A DNA stretch of 64,000 bases from Octopus bimaculoides (GCF_001194135.2 NC_068995.1:37503058-37567057), one strand, 5' to 3'. Shown: positions 38,001-52,029, numbered from the stretch's first letter. The notes: generated by a model from the sequence alone, not told the origin. Numbers and translations: made by a program.

Positions 38001-38100
38001 AAATCCTCTCCAGCCAGCATGTTTATCAATGTTGTGCTGTTTTCTGTGCTTTTGGCACTCTTCTAAAAACTTGTACACGGTTCATTAGCATATTTTGGCA
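35040..38100 (-). mobile_element. Decayed Tx1/L1-clade LINE: ORF1 (38078->~37200) and RT/C-terminal ORF2 (~36740->35040)
   Basis: ORF1 with CY.CGQ..H....C knuckle; RT motifs LRKDPNKGD..NFRP, LDQSKAFDRVDHRYL and VSAYADD; C-terminal GPGPLDNFQ.SLA.QCY region. Confidence 0.85.
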
Positions 38101-38358
38101 ATTTCATTGGCGATTTATCCATGATTTGTGTGTTCATATTTCCACTGAATATAACAATATATTCCCCCTTCACACAAGGGAGCAATCTCGAGTATAACCA
38201 GCCGAAATTGCAAAGATAATCTGGAACTCGACTGCGGAAAGAAAACTTCGAATGACCCGATCTTGTTTTCTTTGTATCGTCTATCTGGATGTTTTCTTTT
38301 TCCTTTTTTTGCATCACCTAACTGTCTGGATGTTTTGCGTTCTTGGCCCATTTTGTAT

Positions 38359-38391
<33 letters not shown>

Positions 38392-38697
38392 TATATATAT
38401 ATGTGAAAGTATCTGTTTGTGAAGGTGTATGCATATGCGAGTGTAAGCATGTATGTATGTTCTAATCCAGTTGTATACTGTAGTTTACACGCATCAACCA
38501 ATAAAACATAAAATGATCCGGTAACATATCGCTGTTTTCCATAGGCAGATATTTACTGGGCCTTAAGTGTGGTTCGAACTGAAAACAAATATTTGAAGGG
38601 AAACTATTTTAAAACAATTGTACAAACAGTTATTTCTGATTGTTTTCCCTTTAGAAAAAATGTGGGAAGGAATAAAATCATAACAAAAATAGTACTT

Positions 38698-38765
38698 TTA
38701 CAACCTTTATCCATCGAACAATAGGTTCAAGTTACAACCTTTATCCATCGAACAATAGGTTCAAG
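38698..38765. repeat. 34-bp perfect tandem duplication
   Basis: ttacaacctttatccatcgaacaataggttcaag x2. Confidence 0.95.
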
Positions 38766-38971
38766 CACAGAAAGTTATTTGAATGTAAAACAATGGAACA
38801 TTCCTTAATAGCATTATTTAAAATAGTGTATGTCCGCTTCAGTTCAATAAGGACAATATCTGTTGATTTTAGTCTATTTTTCTTGTACATCAATAGATGT
38901 CTTAACGTTAATCTGAGATTTTGGATTTTGAGTATATTTATGACTATATATACATGTTTATATAAACACCA

Positions 38972-39005
<34 letters not shown>

Positions 39006-40540
39006 NNNNNNNNNNNNNNNNNNNNNNNNNNNNNNNNNNNNNNNNNNNNNNNNNNNNNNNNNNNNNNNNNNNNNNNNNNNNNNNNNNNNNNNNNNNNNNN
39101 NNNNNNNNNNNNNNNNNNNNNNNNNNNNNNNNNNNNNNNNNNNNNNNNNNNNNNNNNNNNNNNNNNNNNNNNNNNNNNNNNNNNNNNNNNNNNNNNNNNN
39201 NNNNNNNNNNNNNNNNNNNNNNNNNNNNNNNNNNNNNNNNNNNNNNNNNNNNNNNNNNNNNNNNNNNNNNNNNNNNNNNNNNNNNNNNNNNNNNNNNNNN
39301 NNNNNNNNNNNNNNNNNNNNNNNNNNNNNNNNNNNNNNNNNNNNNNNNNNNNNNNNNNNNNNNNNNNNNNNNNNNNNNNNNNNNNNNNNNNNNNNNNNNN
39401 NNNNNNNNNNNNNNNNNNNNNNNNNNNNNNNNNNNNNNNNNNNNNNNNNNNNNNNNNNNNNNNNNNNNNNNNNNNNNNNNNNNNNNNNNNNNNNNNNNNN
39501 NNNNNNNNNNNNNNNNNNNNNNNNNNNNNNNNNNNNNNNNNNNNNNNNNNNNNNNNNNNNNNNNNNNNNNNNNNNNNNNNNNNNNNNNNNNNNNNNNNNN
39601 NNNNNNNNNNNNNNNNNNNNNNNNNNNNNNNNNNNNNNNNNNNNNNNNNNNNNNNNNNNNNNNNNNNNNNNNNNNNNNNNNNNNNNNNNNNNNNNNNNNN
39701 NNNNNNNNNNNNNNNNNNNNNNNNNNNNNNNNNNNNNNNNNNNNNNNNNNNNNNNNNNNNNNNNNNNNNNNNNNNNNNNNNNNNNNNNNNNNNNNNNNNN
39801 NNNNNNNNNNNNNNNNNNNNNNNNNNNNNNNNNNNNNNNNNNNNNNNATATATATATATATATATAAAGAGAAAGAGACAGAAATCTAGAGAGAAAGAGC
39901 TACGTATTTTTAAATGTGTGTCTGTATACTGTGTATTATTTTGGTTCTATATATAACATTGTCTTTTATTTGTGGTTACAAATTTATTTCTTACCTTTTA
40001 TTTTTAATTATTTGACCTTTGATTAGTTGTCGTACACAATTATTTGACCTTTGATAAGTATATCTAACACAAGTTCGCTTATGTACTTAAGCAACTCTGT
40101 ATATACTGAATTGTCTGTTTTCTTTATAAGTTAACTTCTGGTCTAAATTTCAAAGAATATATTTGTGTTACTTGCCTTGTATTTGATAACTTGATTTCTA
40201 AATGTTATATTTCTTCGTGTTAATTCTTTCGCTTTCTTCATGAAAGCTTCCTATTTGAATATCTGACAAACACGTGTACTTATATACAAACATCTATAGG
40301 TATTATGTTTTACTTGGTGGGCTTCATAAAGCTGTAAAGGCGTGTCTGTGCGTATGAACATCACAGAATATAAATCTATCAAAATATACTTATCAACCCG
40401 ATCGTCTTCAGTTCAATAAGGACAATATCTGTTGATTTTAGTCTATTTTTCTTGTACATCAATAGATGTCTTAACGTTAATCTGAGATTTTGGATTTTGA
40501 GTATATTTATGACTATATATACATGTTTATATAAACACCA

Positions 40541-40597
<57 letters not shown>

Positions 40598-40974
40598 TGT
40601 CTATATGTATGTATATATATACACACAATTGTGTATATATAAACATGTATAGTACTCACACATATCTCCATCTCCTTTATAACTACCATTCCATTCTCTC
40701 TTTCCATCACCTTTTTCTTCTCCCCACCAAATACACAAAGAACTGCCAACATACTCCAATCAACCATTTCGTTGGTCAAAATTGTGATAAATAACCCTTA
40801 ATTATACATCCGTAAATGCCATATCACCCGAACAAATGAACGCATAAGTATGATCCACCCAATGCACATGAATACTACGAAGTGTGCATTAATCATCCCA
40901 GGAATACGGACTATGATCTTAAGAAACATGTAACGTGTGAAACAGGGCGTAGCTTATAAATGCCATCCATCAAT

Positions 40975-40994
40975 TATTATTATTATTATTGTTG

Positions 40995-41065
<71 letters not shown>

Positions 41066-41114
41066 GTTTTTGTTGTTGTTGTTGTTGTTGCTGTTATTAT
41101 TATTATTCTTGTTG

Positions 41115-41186
<72 letters not shown>

Positions 41187-42880
41187 TTCTTCTTATTATT
41201 ATTGTTATTATTTGTTGTCTTTGCAAGCTTCTAACGCAGATGTACAACGGTGTTAGCTGTTCACTACCAGTGAACTAAGGTAATATCCCTTATTTTTCGA
41301 GCACCATCCGGAGTATTCCAAGTTCCAAGCAGTGTTGTTCTGCAAGTGCTCCACCCTTATTGCAGCCCCTATTAGTTCCATGTACTTCTCAAGATGTTTA
41401 CTCACTGTTCGCAGGGCTCCTACAATTATTGGTACTACTACCAACTTTTTCATCGACCACAACTAGTTAACCTACCAAGCTAACCTGTCATATCTATAGA
41501 CTTTTTCTTCTTCCTTATCGCATACTTTGCTGTATCATGTCCGGTTTCCTATTCTTTATCTCAAGGTTGCATTGAGTCATAAAAGCCCATAGGATTTTTG
41601 CATTATCATTTTTATGTTCGTACCAATTCTTGGCTCTGTCAAGTCTATACTTGTTGCAAAGTGTCCAATGGGCAATCCTTGCTATATTATCATGATGCCT
41701 CTTATTTTCTTTCTGAGGCTAGTGGCGTACATTGACTGGTAATATGCCATACGGTTTCACCATTTTCTACACAAATATTGCACTTGTTACTTACTAATGT
41801 GTTGTCTATTCTGTATTTGATGTAATTCGTTCTTAGTGCTTGCTCTTGGGTAGCACAGATTAGAGACTCCGTTTCCGGTTTTAAATCACTTTTAGACATC
41901 CATAGCATCGTTTTTTCTTTTTTCTATGTATGTCTTATCTTCAGCATCCCTGTGAGATTGTCCATGCATTCTTTTCTTTATCCACCTATTTTCAGCTTCA
42001 TTCATTCTCAAATGCTTGTACAATGCTTTGTCTTTGCAATCTTCCATCCTACCGAAGCCTGCCCAGTTTCTAATGATAGTGGTTCTGTGGCATTTTTTTA
42101 TATACCATGCTATGTTGTTTTCTTCTGATCTAACGCTGTTTTCGCATCCAATCAGTCCTCCCCCTCTTTTTCTTGGTACATACAGTCTGTCCGTGTCACA
42201 TTTTGGGTGGAGTATCCCATATCTAGTCAGCAACATCCTTGTCTTTCTGTCTAAGTTGTTTAGTTCGTCTACTGTTCATGTCATTACTCCTGCTCCATAT
42301 CTAACTAGTGAAACCGCACAACTGTTGATTGCTTCAATCTTATTCAGTCCGTTTAATTTCGACTTAATGATCAATCTCAGTCTGCGCAAGTACTCCACCA
42401 TAGATTTTTCTGTCTTTTCTTTATCCATCAATTAATCCATTTCCAAAATCATCAAGTACTAATAAATAACCCCTCTCTTCGATCTGCTTCATAAACTCCC
42501 CCGACGGTATCGCTAGCGCAACCATACTTTTGATTTTGCCTCTCTTAATGACTAACAAACTACACTTTTTGAGTTTGAAATCAATTCTGATATCAGCACT
42601 GAAAGTATACACCTTATGAACGAGGGAACTGACTTGGGATTAATCTTTACCATAAAGTTTGATGACATCCATGAATAACAAACGGTTGACTTTTTGTTGG
42701 CGGCTTTTGGATACATATCAAGCCTTAGCTTTCTTCAGAAAGCTTAGTGGTATTATGCACAGTACAAAGATCAGTGGGACAGGCAGTCCCCTTAGTAGAT
42801 GCTTCTCCTGATTTCTATTGTCCCTAAATTTCTTCCATATCCTGTCAGTTACGTCCTCCACGTCGCTATACTTTTTCCAA
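40975..42880 (-). mobile_element. 5'-truncated R4/Dong-like (RLE) LINE with (TAA)n/(CAA)n tail (40975-41215)
   Basis: RT GDCLS.LIFVLCIIPL, LLFMD..KLY; LHPKCDTDRLYVPRKRGG; ETESLICATQEQALRTN..KC..C..NGETVWHITSQC zinc knuckle; VVPIIVGAL C-terminus. Confidence 0.9.
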
Positions 42881-42910
42881 GCAATCGCTCAAAATTCGAT
42901 GCAATAAAAA

Positions 42911-42911
<1 letters not shown>

Positions 42912-42949
<38 letters not shown>

Positions 42950-42959
42950 TATATACATA

Positions 42960-42990
<31 letters not shown>

Positions 42991-43074
42991 CGTATGTATA
43001 TACACAAATATATATATTTACATATATATGTGTGTGTGGGTATATATATATATGTATATATCTATAAATATATG

Positions 43075-43170
<96 letters not shown>
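42912..43170. repeat. (AC)n/(AT)n microsatellite
   Basis: Direct reading. Confidence 0.95.
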
Positions 43171-43171
<1 letters not shown>

Positions 43172-43534
43172 GTGGGTGGAAGTGTAGGTTTACCATAAAT
43201 ATCACATCAATGTTATAATACTTAATTCATTAAAATTATTAGCACATGTAATTAGCCTCATTTTCGATATTTTGAGTGTCATTAATCATATTACATTTAT
43301 AAAAACTTTAATAAAACTTTTGTCGTAACCTTTAATTTTTCTGGTAAAAATAAATGAGTATGGTGCGGGGTTTCTTTTTTCATAATTGTCCACCTTCTTT
43401 TGCCCCAACCTGTATATTTATTACATGGTTCTCTAGATGTGTGTGCCAGTGTGCGTGTGCGTGCCTGTGTTTGTTCTTTTATTATTTTATTGGCACCAGC
43501 TACACACACACAACGCGCACACACACACACACAC

Positions 43535-43566
<32 letters not shown>

Positions 43567-44241
43567 ATATCCATTTACAGACACAAACCTATATAACTGG
43601 AAAAGAGAGAATAAAACAATTTCTACCATTTATTATATGTTATATGGTTAGAGGCTCCACTGCAGCTAAATGATTCCTGTATCATAAAAACAGACACAGT
43701 ATTACGCATATATAAAAGGACATTCAAGTTGATATGTATGTAATAATTATTATTATTATTAAATCCGTAAAATAATGTATATGCTTTCTGTATTTTCCGG
43801 TAGCTGCGAAGGCGTATCGGAGTATATAGACTCTTACTGTCGCCGGTGGATAGTCGTAGATAGGCGAGATAACTTACCTTCAGTCCCATTTGGGAATGAC
43901 GGACATTGATGTTTCGCCCTTTTTGTGGTTTGTCAGCATCACGTATCTGTTATGGGGCTGAAGGGGAATCACCTAGCTAGTTTCTGGAAAAAGCATATAG
44001 TATTTTGGGTGTTGGGTGAGTTTTCATCACCCGCTGTTGATTATCACACGCTTAGGACGAGTAACAACCCAGAAACTCGTGTCCGTGGGTATCAGGTAAG
44101 GCTAAGGATGGGAGCGATGACCTCCCCTCGCAAATACAGAATGTGTGTCGTTAGCCAGCTGGTACAGATGTCTTCCTGGGAATATAAACGCCAGTAGCAC
44201 TCTCTGCTGTGGCACGCCACTCTTGGCAATTATGGGTTACG

Positions 44242-44331
<90 letters not shown>

Positions 44332-44768
44332 ATATACTTTTGCCTGTGTGTGTCTGTTTGTTCCACTGCCATCTCTTGACAACCTCAGTCCTATTTGGGA
44401 ATGATGTACATCTATGTTTCACCATTTTTGTTGCTTCTCAGTATTACGCACCCGCCTGTGGTTGAAGGCGAATCACCAAGTTAGTGCATGACTTATATAT
44501 GCTCATGGCTTGTAAAATCATGAGGTGGTATGCACGGAAATTGTATACCAACGATAAAATTTACACACGAAGTAAAAGCAGCTCTAGTGTAGTAAATGTT
44601 ATCAAATACATATCCTAACGTATATGTTTTGCGTATTTTCTGGTGGCTGCAATGGTGCATCGGAGTATATAAACTCACATTGTCGATGGTGTTAATACAC
44701 CTTAGTCATGGACAGGCGAGATAACTCACCCTCAATCCCAAGTAAAAGAATAGAAGAGTATATATACG

Positions 44769-44841
<73 letters not shown>

Positions 44842-44899
44842 AGATACATACATACAGGTTGACAATTTGCATAACAGATAATAAAGAAAACGCAATCTA

Positions 44900-45240
44900 A
44901 AAATGTATATATTGTAAAAGGTAAAAAATATATATTAAGTCTATATTTGGGAGATGTATTTTTTTCAAAGTAGCGTTCGCTTCCATCCCGGGCGCAAGCC
45001 GGCTCCGAAATCTACCGCTTGTATTCCTCTCTGTGTCGGCAGAGCGGTTGGTGTGTTTCCCTGTGCCGGCAGAGCGGTTGGTGTGTTTCTCAGCGGTGAT
45101 CCACAGGTGGAAATCCATGAGATTACAATCGAGGGAATTAGGAAGCCGGAAATCGAGGCTGGTGAATTCGTAGAAATCCTCTGGTGACCTCTTCTGTCTC
45201 TTTCCGGAAACATAACAAGGAGTCAAATCTTACTGCAGTA
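44900..45240 (-). mobile_element. Tc1/mariner (DD37D-like) transposase C-terminal fragment
   Basis: PC..S.K.QK.S.EDFY.FTS.DF.LPNSLDCNLMDF.LW...EK.TNRSA...GRFRSRL (WPPNSPD.NP.D-like); contains a 30-bp internal duplication at about 45035-45088. Confidence 0.8.
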
Positions 45241-46220
45241 CATGGATTTCCAGCAGAATCCCTCCCCAGTCAGGGTTTGATCTCAGTCTGCAGCAGTTTC
45301 ACACAAGTTTTAGCAAATGTTGCATTACTTTGACGTTTGAAATAAAGGTACAGCACTTTGACGTTTCGGATGCTACTTCGTCATCGGGATAAAAATGTAT
45401 AAGGAAAAGGTACAGAGACAAAAAAGTTTGGGCACCCGAATATCTTTCTATGGTTAAGAGTTATGAAAAAGCACGCAGCAGGTTGTATAGGCGTTTAGCC
45501 GTGTATATAGTCGGCCACAGGTGGAGTTATGAGTGTGGTGGTATTTTGGGGTGCGTACAGTGTTTGGCGTTGTATGCAGAAGTGTGGAGGTTTTCAAGTG
45601 TGGAAGTATAGTGGCCGCGGATAAAAGTATTGGAAGATGTTACATAGATGTCATTGAATTTTTAGTGAGAGGAAAGGGCCAAGTTCGTGAAAGTGACTCT
45701 AAGGAAACAAAAACACTGTAAAATCAATGGGAATACTCAAGACAAATAAATAACAAAAAGAGCGAAAATACAGAGAAGTAAAAACATTGGTAAGAGATAA
45801 CACTGGTTACAAATCCGAAGACAGGTACAAATCCGAAGACAGAAAAGTAAGCCAGAAAAGCAAACGAAGAAACAGAGAGGGAAACAATTTGCAGTTAAAC
45901 TTTTAAGAAATAGCAATTTTCGTATAAATATACAAGAGAATAAAACAATTAAAAAGCAATTAGGACTCAGAAAGAATGGAAACTTTTGAGAAAGTTATGC
46001 TTGTAAAATGTATATTGCGCTGCTGAAGACATTCCAGAATATCAGTGGCAAAGTCCAGAGGTGAAAAAGTGAGCGAAATAAGTCTGGCGGTGAAATCTGC
46101 AGAGAAGAAATGCATAGGTTAAAAATAGAAACAAATCACTCGTTACCTCAACATAGGTAAAGAGCAAAGAGTGACAAGTGATGTAGAACGATGCAAGATA
46201 ATAAAGTGAGAGTGTATATA

Positions 46221-46620
46221 GGCGTAGGAGTGGCTGTGTGGTAAGTAGCTTGCTTACCAAACACATGGTTCCAGGTTCATTCCCACTGTGTGGCACCTTG
46301 GGCAAGTGTCTTCTACTATAGCCTCGAGTGAATTTGGTAGACGTAAACTGAAAGAAGCCCGTCGTATATTCATACATATATGTATATATATATGTATGTG
46401 TGTGTGTTTATGTTTGTGATTGTGTTTGTCTCCCCAGCATCGGTTGACAACCGATGGTGGTGTGTTTACGTCCCCGTAACTTAGCGGATCGGCAAAAGAG
46501 TCCGATAGAAAAAGTACTAGGCTTCCAAAGAATAAGTCCTGGGGTCGATTTGCCCGACTAAAAGGCGGTGCTCCAGCATGACCACTGTCAAATGACTGAA
46601 GCAAGTAAAAGAGTAAAAGA
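46221..46620 (+). mobile_element. Near full-length SINE family B (tRNA-like head, internal AT/GT microsatellite)
   Basis: ggcgtaggagtggctgtgtggtaag (A-box-like)...ggttcattccc (B-box-like)...ggcggtgctccagcatg...gtaaaagagtaaaaga tail. Confidence 0.85.
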
Positions 46621-47463
46621 GAGAGGATGTATGAGTACGTGTGTGCATGTTCAGTGATTTAGTGCATATGCCTGCCTAGTTGTGTGCTTGAATGTATGTG
46701 CGTGTGTATTGTGAGGGCTGTGCGTGACTAATCGTGTGCGTGCTTGCATGTATGTGTGTGTATGTACGTTTGTGCATACGTATATATTTTTAACAGCATG
46801 GTGGAGGATAATTGTGTTGAAGGCTGACCACTGTACTGTGCAGCTGCCAAAAAAAGACCATATGTCAAGCAATGTGGAAATGGCCTGAGAGGAAAATGCG
46901 TGAATGAGGAAACGGGTGTGTGTGTGTTTGAGTGTGTGTGCGAGTAAGCATGCGCGTAGATATGCCTTCTAGTACAGGTGCCTATACATACACGGACATA
47001 CACACACACACAAGTATATGCAAGAACCACGACTCTTTACCTCACCCACATTAATGAATACAAAAGAATAAAGAACAAGACATAGAAATGCAATCATGAT
47101 TTTAACTGAAGAGAATCAAAAGCAATATCTGATTTTTCAATTGTAAACCTTGACCAACTGAAATACAAAAATTCTTTTCCATCCCCACCCAAAAAGGTCC
47201 GTATGCATTGATCAAACAAGTTTGACCAAACCAATACAAAAGCCACACCTCTTTACATCTCCCTCCTTATCAAACTTTTTGCGTGTTTCTTTTCCCTTAC
47301 TTGGCAAACCCCACAATTTTTTTATATATGAAAAGGCCACGAAATCTACCTTTAGACCACTTTTGATAAATCTGATAACGGAAGAAAGTGCTTAAAGTTT
47401 AAACGAAATGTAAATAAAAATATATGTAATCATCCAATATTCTGACTACCTTATTCTCTTTCC

Positions 47464-47500
<37 letters not shown>

Positions 47501-47629
47501 CCTCTCTCTCTCTCTATATATATATATATGCATGTCTGTATGTCTATATATGTATATGTATATGTATATACATAAGTCTCTCTCTCTCTGTATATNNNNN
47601 NNNNNNNNNNNNNNNNNNNNNNNNNNNNN

Positions 47630-47664
<35 letters not shown>

Positions 47665-48423
47665 GCACATACATACATACACCTGTGCAGAGGTTAGATG
47701 TATGTGGAGATGTGCATCTTGGCGAAAGAGAGTAAGAAGTTATGTGTGCATTTACTAAGTTCCTGAAAGAAAAATTCAATCTACTTATCTCCACAAACAC
47801 AATTTTAACAAATCCTGAATTGACTCAAAACTTAATATATACGCCTAATGTTGTACGCACTAAAATTATGATTTCAAGCGAAATTTCTTAACCAATCGTT
47901 AGTTCCAACGCTTATTATGCTTACAACTTTACTGTTAATTTTTGTTTTAATTTGTGCAGTATAGTTATTTTTAGAACAAGATCAAAATTACTGATGTTAA
48001 TTAACGTTTTCCTTGAGCCATGTACAGAGAATCCAAGTTTTAGCAATTAACAAACACTAATAACACATACAAATATACAAGATCTTCAGGTTAATATCCA
48101 TGAACGTTGCAAAAATGTTTAAGAAATTTAATCAAGTAAAACTCGCAAGTTATATTAATTTTTCTTCAGTGCTTTAATTGCAGCGCTCTCTGAAATTTTT
48201 GAAGTGGCTTTATTTTTCTTTATTGATTTAGCATACAACTTTTAGCGTACACAATTTCATACATCCTTGCCAAAATCTTGTCCTCTTACTTCTATCAATA
48301 GATTTGGTATGGCTAAAACGCAGACCATATTAATGTTATCTTAATTTTGAAATTCTGTATTCAGTTTACCATGAAATATATACTGACACACATATATATC
48401 GATGGGCGCGCGCGCACACACAC

Positions 48424-48478
<55 letters not shown>

Positions 48479-49679
48479 GAAAAGCACTGTAAACAAAGAC
48501 GCACCAAGTGGCAGTAGTACTTCACTCGATGACGCCGTTTGGCATACTGATTCCCGAGGGTTGCGTCTAGTGGTTCCTTGTGGCGAAAGCCTGAACTACG
48601 ACGGGTTTGCCCCACAGAGAACGTTTCCGGTTACTTCTGGATACCCCCTCCTATGTGCAACGTTAGTGAATTCTCTCGATTTCGACATATAAAGGTCCAA
48701 CGTCTAATAAAGATGTTAGAATACCTACCCATATAGATGATTCTTTTCCCACTGGTGTAGGATTAATCACACTTGACAGGAGAAATTTTTGGCAGCAGAA
48801 ATTTTTGACAGCAGAGATTTGGTGTAAATGTTTTCCCACATGCTCATTGAACAACATACCTTACGTTTTTGTACTAGACTTTTCCATTCCCTGGTTTAGT
48901 TACATTCCCTACAGCCACAGTTCAACCCTACATGACTATGGATCACACATATAAACATATATAAATTGTAACTGTCGAAGAACACATGACTGCTACTCCG
49001 CCATGGATACTGTTACAAAGGTGACTACGTAATTCGTCTATTGTAGCAATATGTAAAAATTGTGTTTCTGCATCAGCTAATTTGTAAGTTGATTGTACAG
49101 TGTTTGCAAACGTTAAAAGTTTAATTAACATGTACGTTCCTCTTATTGGAAAAATTGGAGATCCAATAAATCTGGTGATTATATTAATCAGCAACAATGA
49201 CAATCAACTCAAAGATATCTTTGCTGGTTTGATGAGAGTGAAGAGTGTAAAACCGTGGTCGCTCTGTCCACAAATTTTCTTCTCTCCGAATGATAACTAA
49301 AATTACTGATGGACACAAAAGCTCTTGAACTTGATAAGCTCTGCCTGTGGTTTACCGTATTTTAAATGAAATGCAGCAATCTATAGATATACGTAGATTA
49401 GATTATTTATACAGATGCGCGTTCATAAATATATGCCTCATATACGTATCTTTTGTGTATCTTTAGCCGAGTCCACTCGATTGGAAGCGTTCAGTCAAAA
49501 TCGCCGGTGTGGGATAATTTCCTTCTTCCAAAACGAAGAATTCCACAGGCATTATAGATTTTATCTATCCATGGATAGAAAATTGTGATCAATTTTCAAT
49601 ATTAAGCCTTGTTTAGAGGAAGAATGCGTATCTTCTCTCCATGGAGACATTATTAGTTTATAGCTATTGTTAATGTACA

Positions 49680-49988
49680 CTGAGGAACACTGAAATCGAT
49701 GAAATCGACTTAACCCCTCCCCTGAAATTCCTGGCCTTGTGCCAAAATTTGAAACCATTATTATTATTGTTAAAGCGGTGAGCTGGCAAAATTCTTAGTA
49801 TGCCGGACGAAATGCTTAGCGGTATTTCGCCCGTCTTATGTTCTGAGCCCAAATTCCGTCGAGGTCGACCTTGCCTTTCATCCTTTAGGGATCGATAAAT
49901 TAAGTACCAGTGAAAACACTAAAGTCGAAGTAATCGACTTGTCCTCTTCTCTAAATTTCATCCTTTGTGCATTTAGTAGAAAGGACTA
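49680..49988 (+). mobile_element. SINE family A 3' fragment (49680-49765) followed by a full copy (49772-49988)
   Basis: Tail ggccttgtgccaaaatttgaaaccattatt immediately followed by an aagcggtgagctggc head. Confidence 0.85.
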
Positions 49989-51659
49989 TCTTTAAAATAA
50001 ACATATTTCAATATTTTTCAAAAAACTTATCAAGTGCTTACATCACGTTTTCATTTTTCTGGATACAGAGAAAATATTGGTTCATTCGAGCGTATGTTGA
50101 TAAAATAATTATTCAATTAATTATTAATATATTGTATAGAGTTTCCGGATTACAGGAAACTTCAATGTAGGCTGTATCTTTCATTTACTTATACATCGTT
50201 TTTTTTTATTATTTTTTTTTTTTTTAATGAAAGTATTATTCTAACTTCACTGCAAAAAGTAAACGAAGTGGTTAGAGAAGATTTTATCTCTGGCCATTTT
50301 CCAGCTGAAATTTTCAGTTTATTTTTTAAAGTAGACTTTCACAAAGATATACACATGAAGCGTATACGAAAGGGGTACAGGGAGAGTTAGAGAGAGAGAG
50401 AGAGAGAGACACAGGAAGAGAGATAGATAGAAATAGATAGAGAGGAAAAAAGGAAAACAATCGAATGAGAGAGAGGGGAGGGATAGAGAGTGAGGTTAAA
50501 ATGTCACAGAGACAGCGATTAAGTATTTACGGTTTTAAGTTTAGAATATACTTCCCTATATTTTTCTTTTACTTTTTATTTAAGTTTCTTATAGATTTGT
50601 ATATATATCTATATATTTTATAATAGAATTTTTATGGCATATACCCTATCGGATCCTTATCTAGTTTTCTCTAATGCAATTTTCCACCTATTATAATTTT
50701 TATAAATTCTTGGAATATTTTCTTATCCCCGCTTTCTGTACAATATCCGGCATGTTTCTAGTTTGTGCGCTGGAACGACATATGTGTCCGTGTAATATAT
50801 ATATATATATATATATANNNNNNNNNNNNNNNNNNNNNNNNNNNNNNNNNNNNNNNNNNNNNNNNNNNNNNNNNNNNNNNNNNNNNNNNNNNNNNNNNNN
50901 NNNNNNNNNNNNNNNNNNNNNNNNNNNNNNNNNNNNNNNNNNNNNNNNNNNNNNNNNNNNNNNNNNNNNNNNNNNNNNNNNNNNNNNNNNNNNNNNNNNN
51001 NNNNNNNNNNNNNNNNNNNNNNNNNNNNNNNNNNNNNNNNNNNNNNNNNNNNNNNNNNNNNNNNNNNNNNNNNNNNNNNNNNNNNNNNNNNNNNNNNNNN
51101 NNNNNNNNNNNNNNNNNNNNNNNNNNNNNNNNNNNNNNNNNNNNNNNNNNNNNNNNNNNNNNNNNNNNNNNNNNNNNNNNNNNNNNNNNNNNNNNNNNNN
51201 NNNNNNNNNNNNNNNNNNNNNNNNNNNNNNNNNNNNNNNNNNNNNNNNNNNNNNNNNNNNNNNNNNNNNNNNNNNNNNNNNNNNNNNNNNNNNNNNNNNN
51301 NNNNNNNNNNNNNNNNNNNNNNNNNNNNNNNNNNNNNNNNNNNNNNNNNNNNNNNNNNNNNNNNNNNNNNNNNNNNNNNNNNNNNNNNNNNNNNNNNNNN
51401 NNNNNNNNNNNNNNNNNNNNNNNNNNNNNNNNNNNNNNNNNNNNNNNNNNNNNNNNNNNNNNNNNNNNNNNNNNNNNNNNNNNNNNNNNNNNNNNNNNNN
51501 NNNNNNNNNNNNNNNNNNNNNNNNNNNNNNNNNNNNNNNNNNNNNNNNNNNNNNNNNNNNNNNNNNNNNNNNNNNNNNNNNNNNNNNNNNNNNNNNNNNN
51601 NNNNNNNNNNNNNNNNNNNNNNNNNNNNNNNNNNNNNNNNNNNNNNNNNNNNNNNNNNN

Positions 51660-51726
<67 letters not shown>

Positions 51727-51743
51727 CTGTGTGTGTGTGTCTA

Positions 51744-51775
<32 letters not shown>

Positions 51776-52029
51776 GGTATGTATGTAAGTATGAAATGTA
51801 TGTCATTATTCGGTTTATTTCAAGATTACTTGCCAAGATAGAAAGCGCCGATTTCTAACGTAGGATTTCAACATCAACAACAGGGTATTTTTGTTTGAAT
51901 ATATGTATGTATATGTGCAGATTTGTATGTTTTGCTTTATGTATGCATTTCATGCATATAGTTGCGTATCTAGATATGCTCATATATATTTAAATGACAA
52001 GCTCCCGGAAAGTGTGGCAAATTTTTACA

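Noticed and set aside
38793-39956. Long ORF-track entries (387, 394, 224 aa, etc.) and poly-I/Y/L/C ORFs
   Set aside because: Artefacts of N runs and microsatellites.
43990-44140. HDV-like ribozyme in a LINE-5'-UTR-like segment
   Set aside because: Hairpins are present but I could not build the P1/P1.1/P2/P3 double pseudoknot by hand.
45355-45392. Possible hammerhead relic on the minus strand (CCGATGA...CGAAACGTC)
   Set aside because: The core is mutated and stem I does not pair; not supportable.
46221-46300. tRNA gene
   Set aside because: Only box-like motifs; it is the head of a multi-copy SINE and has no cloverleaf.
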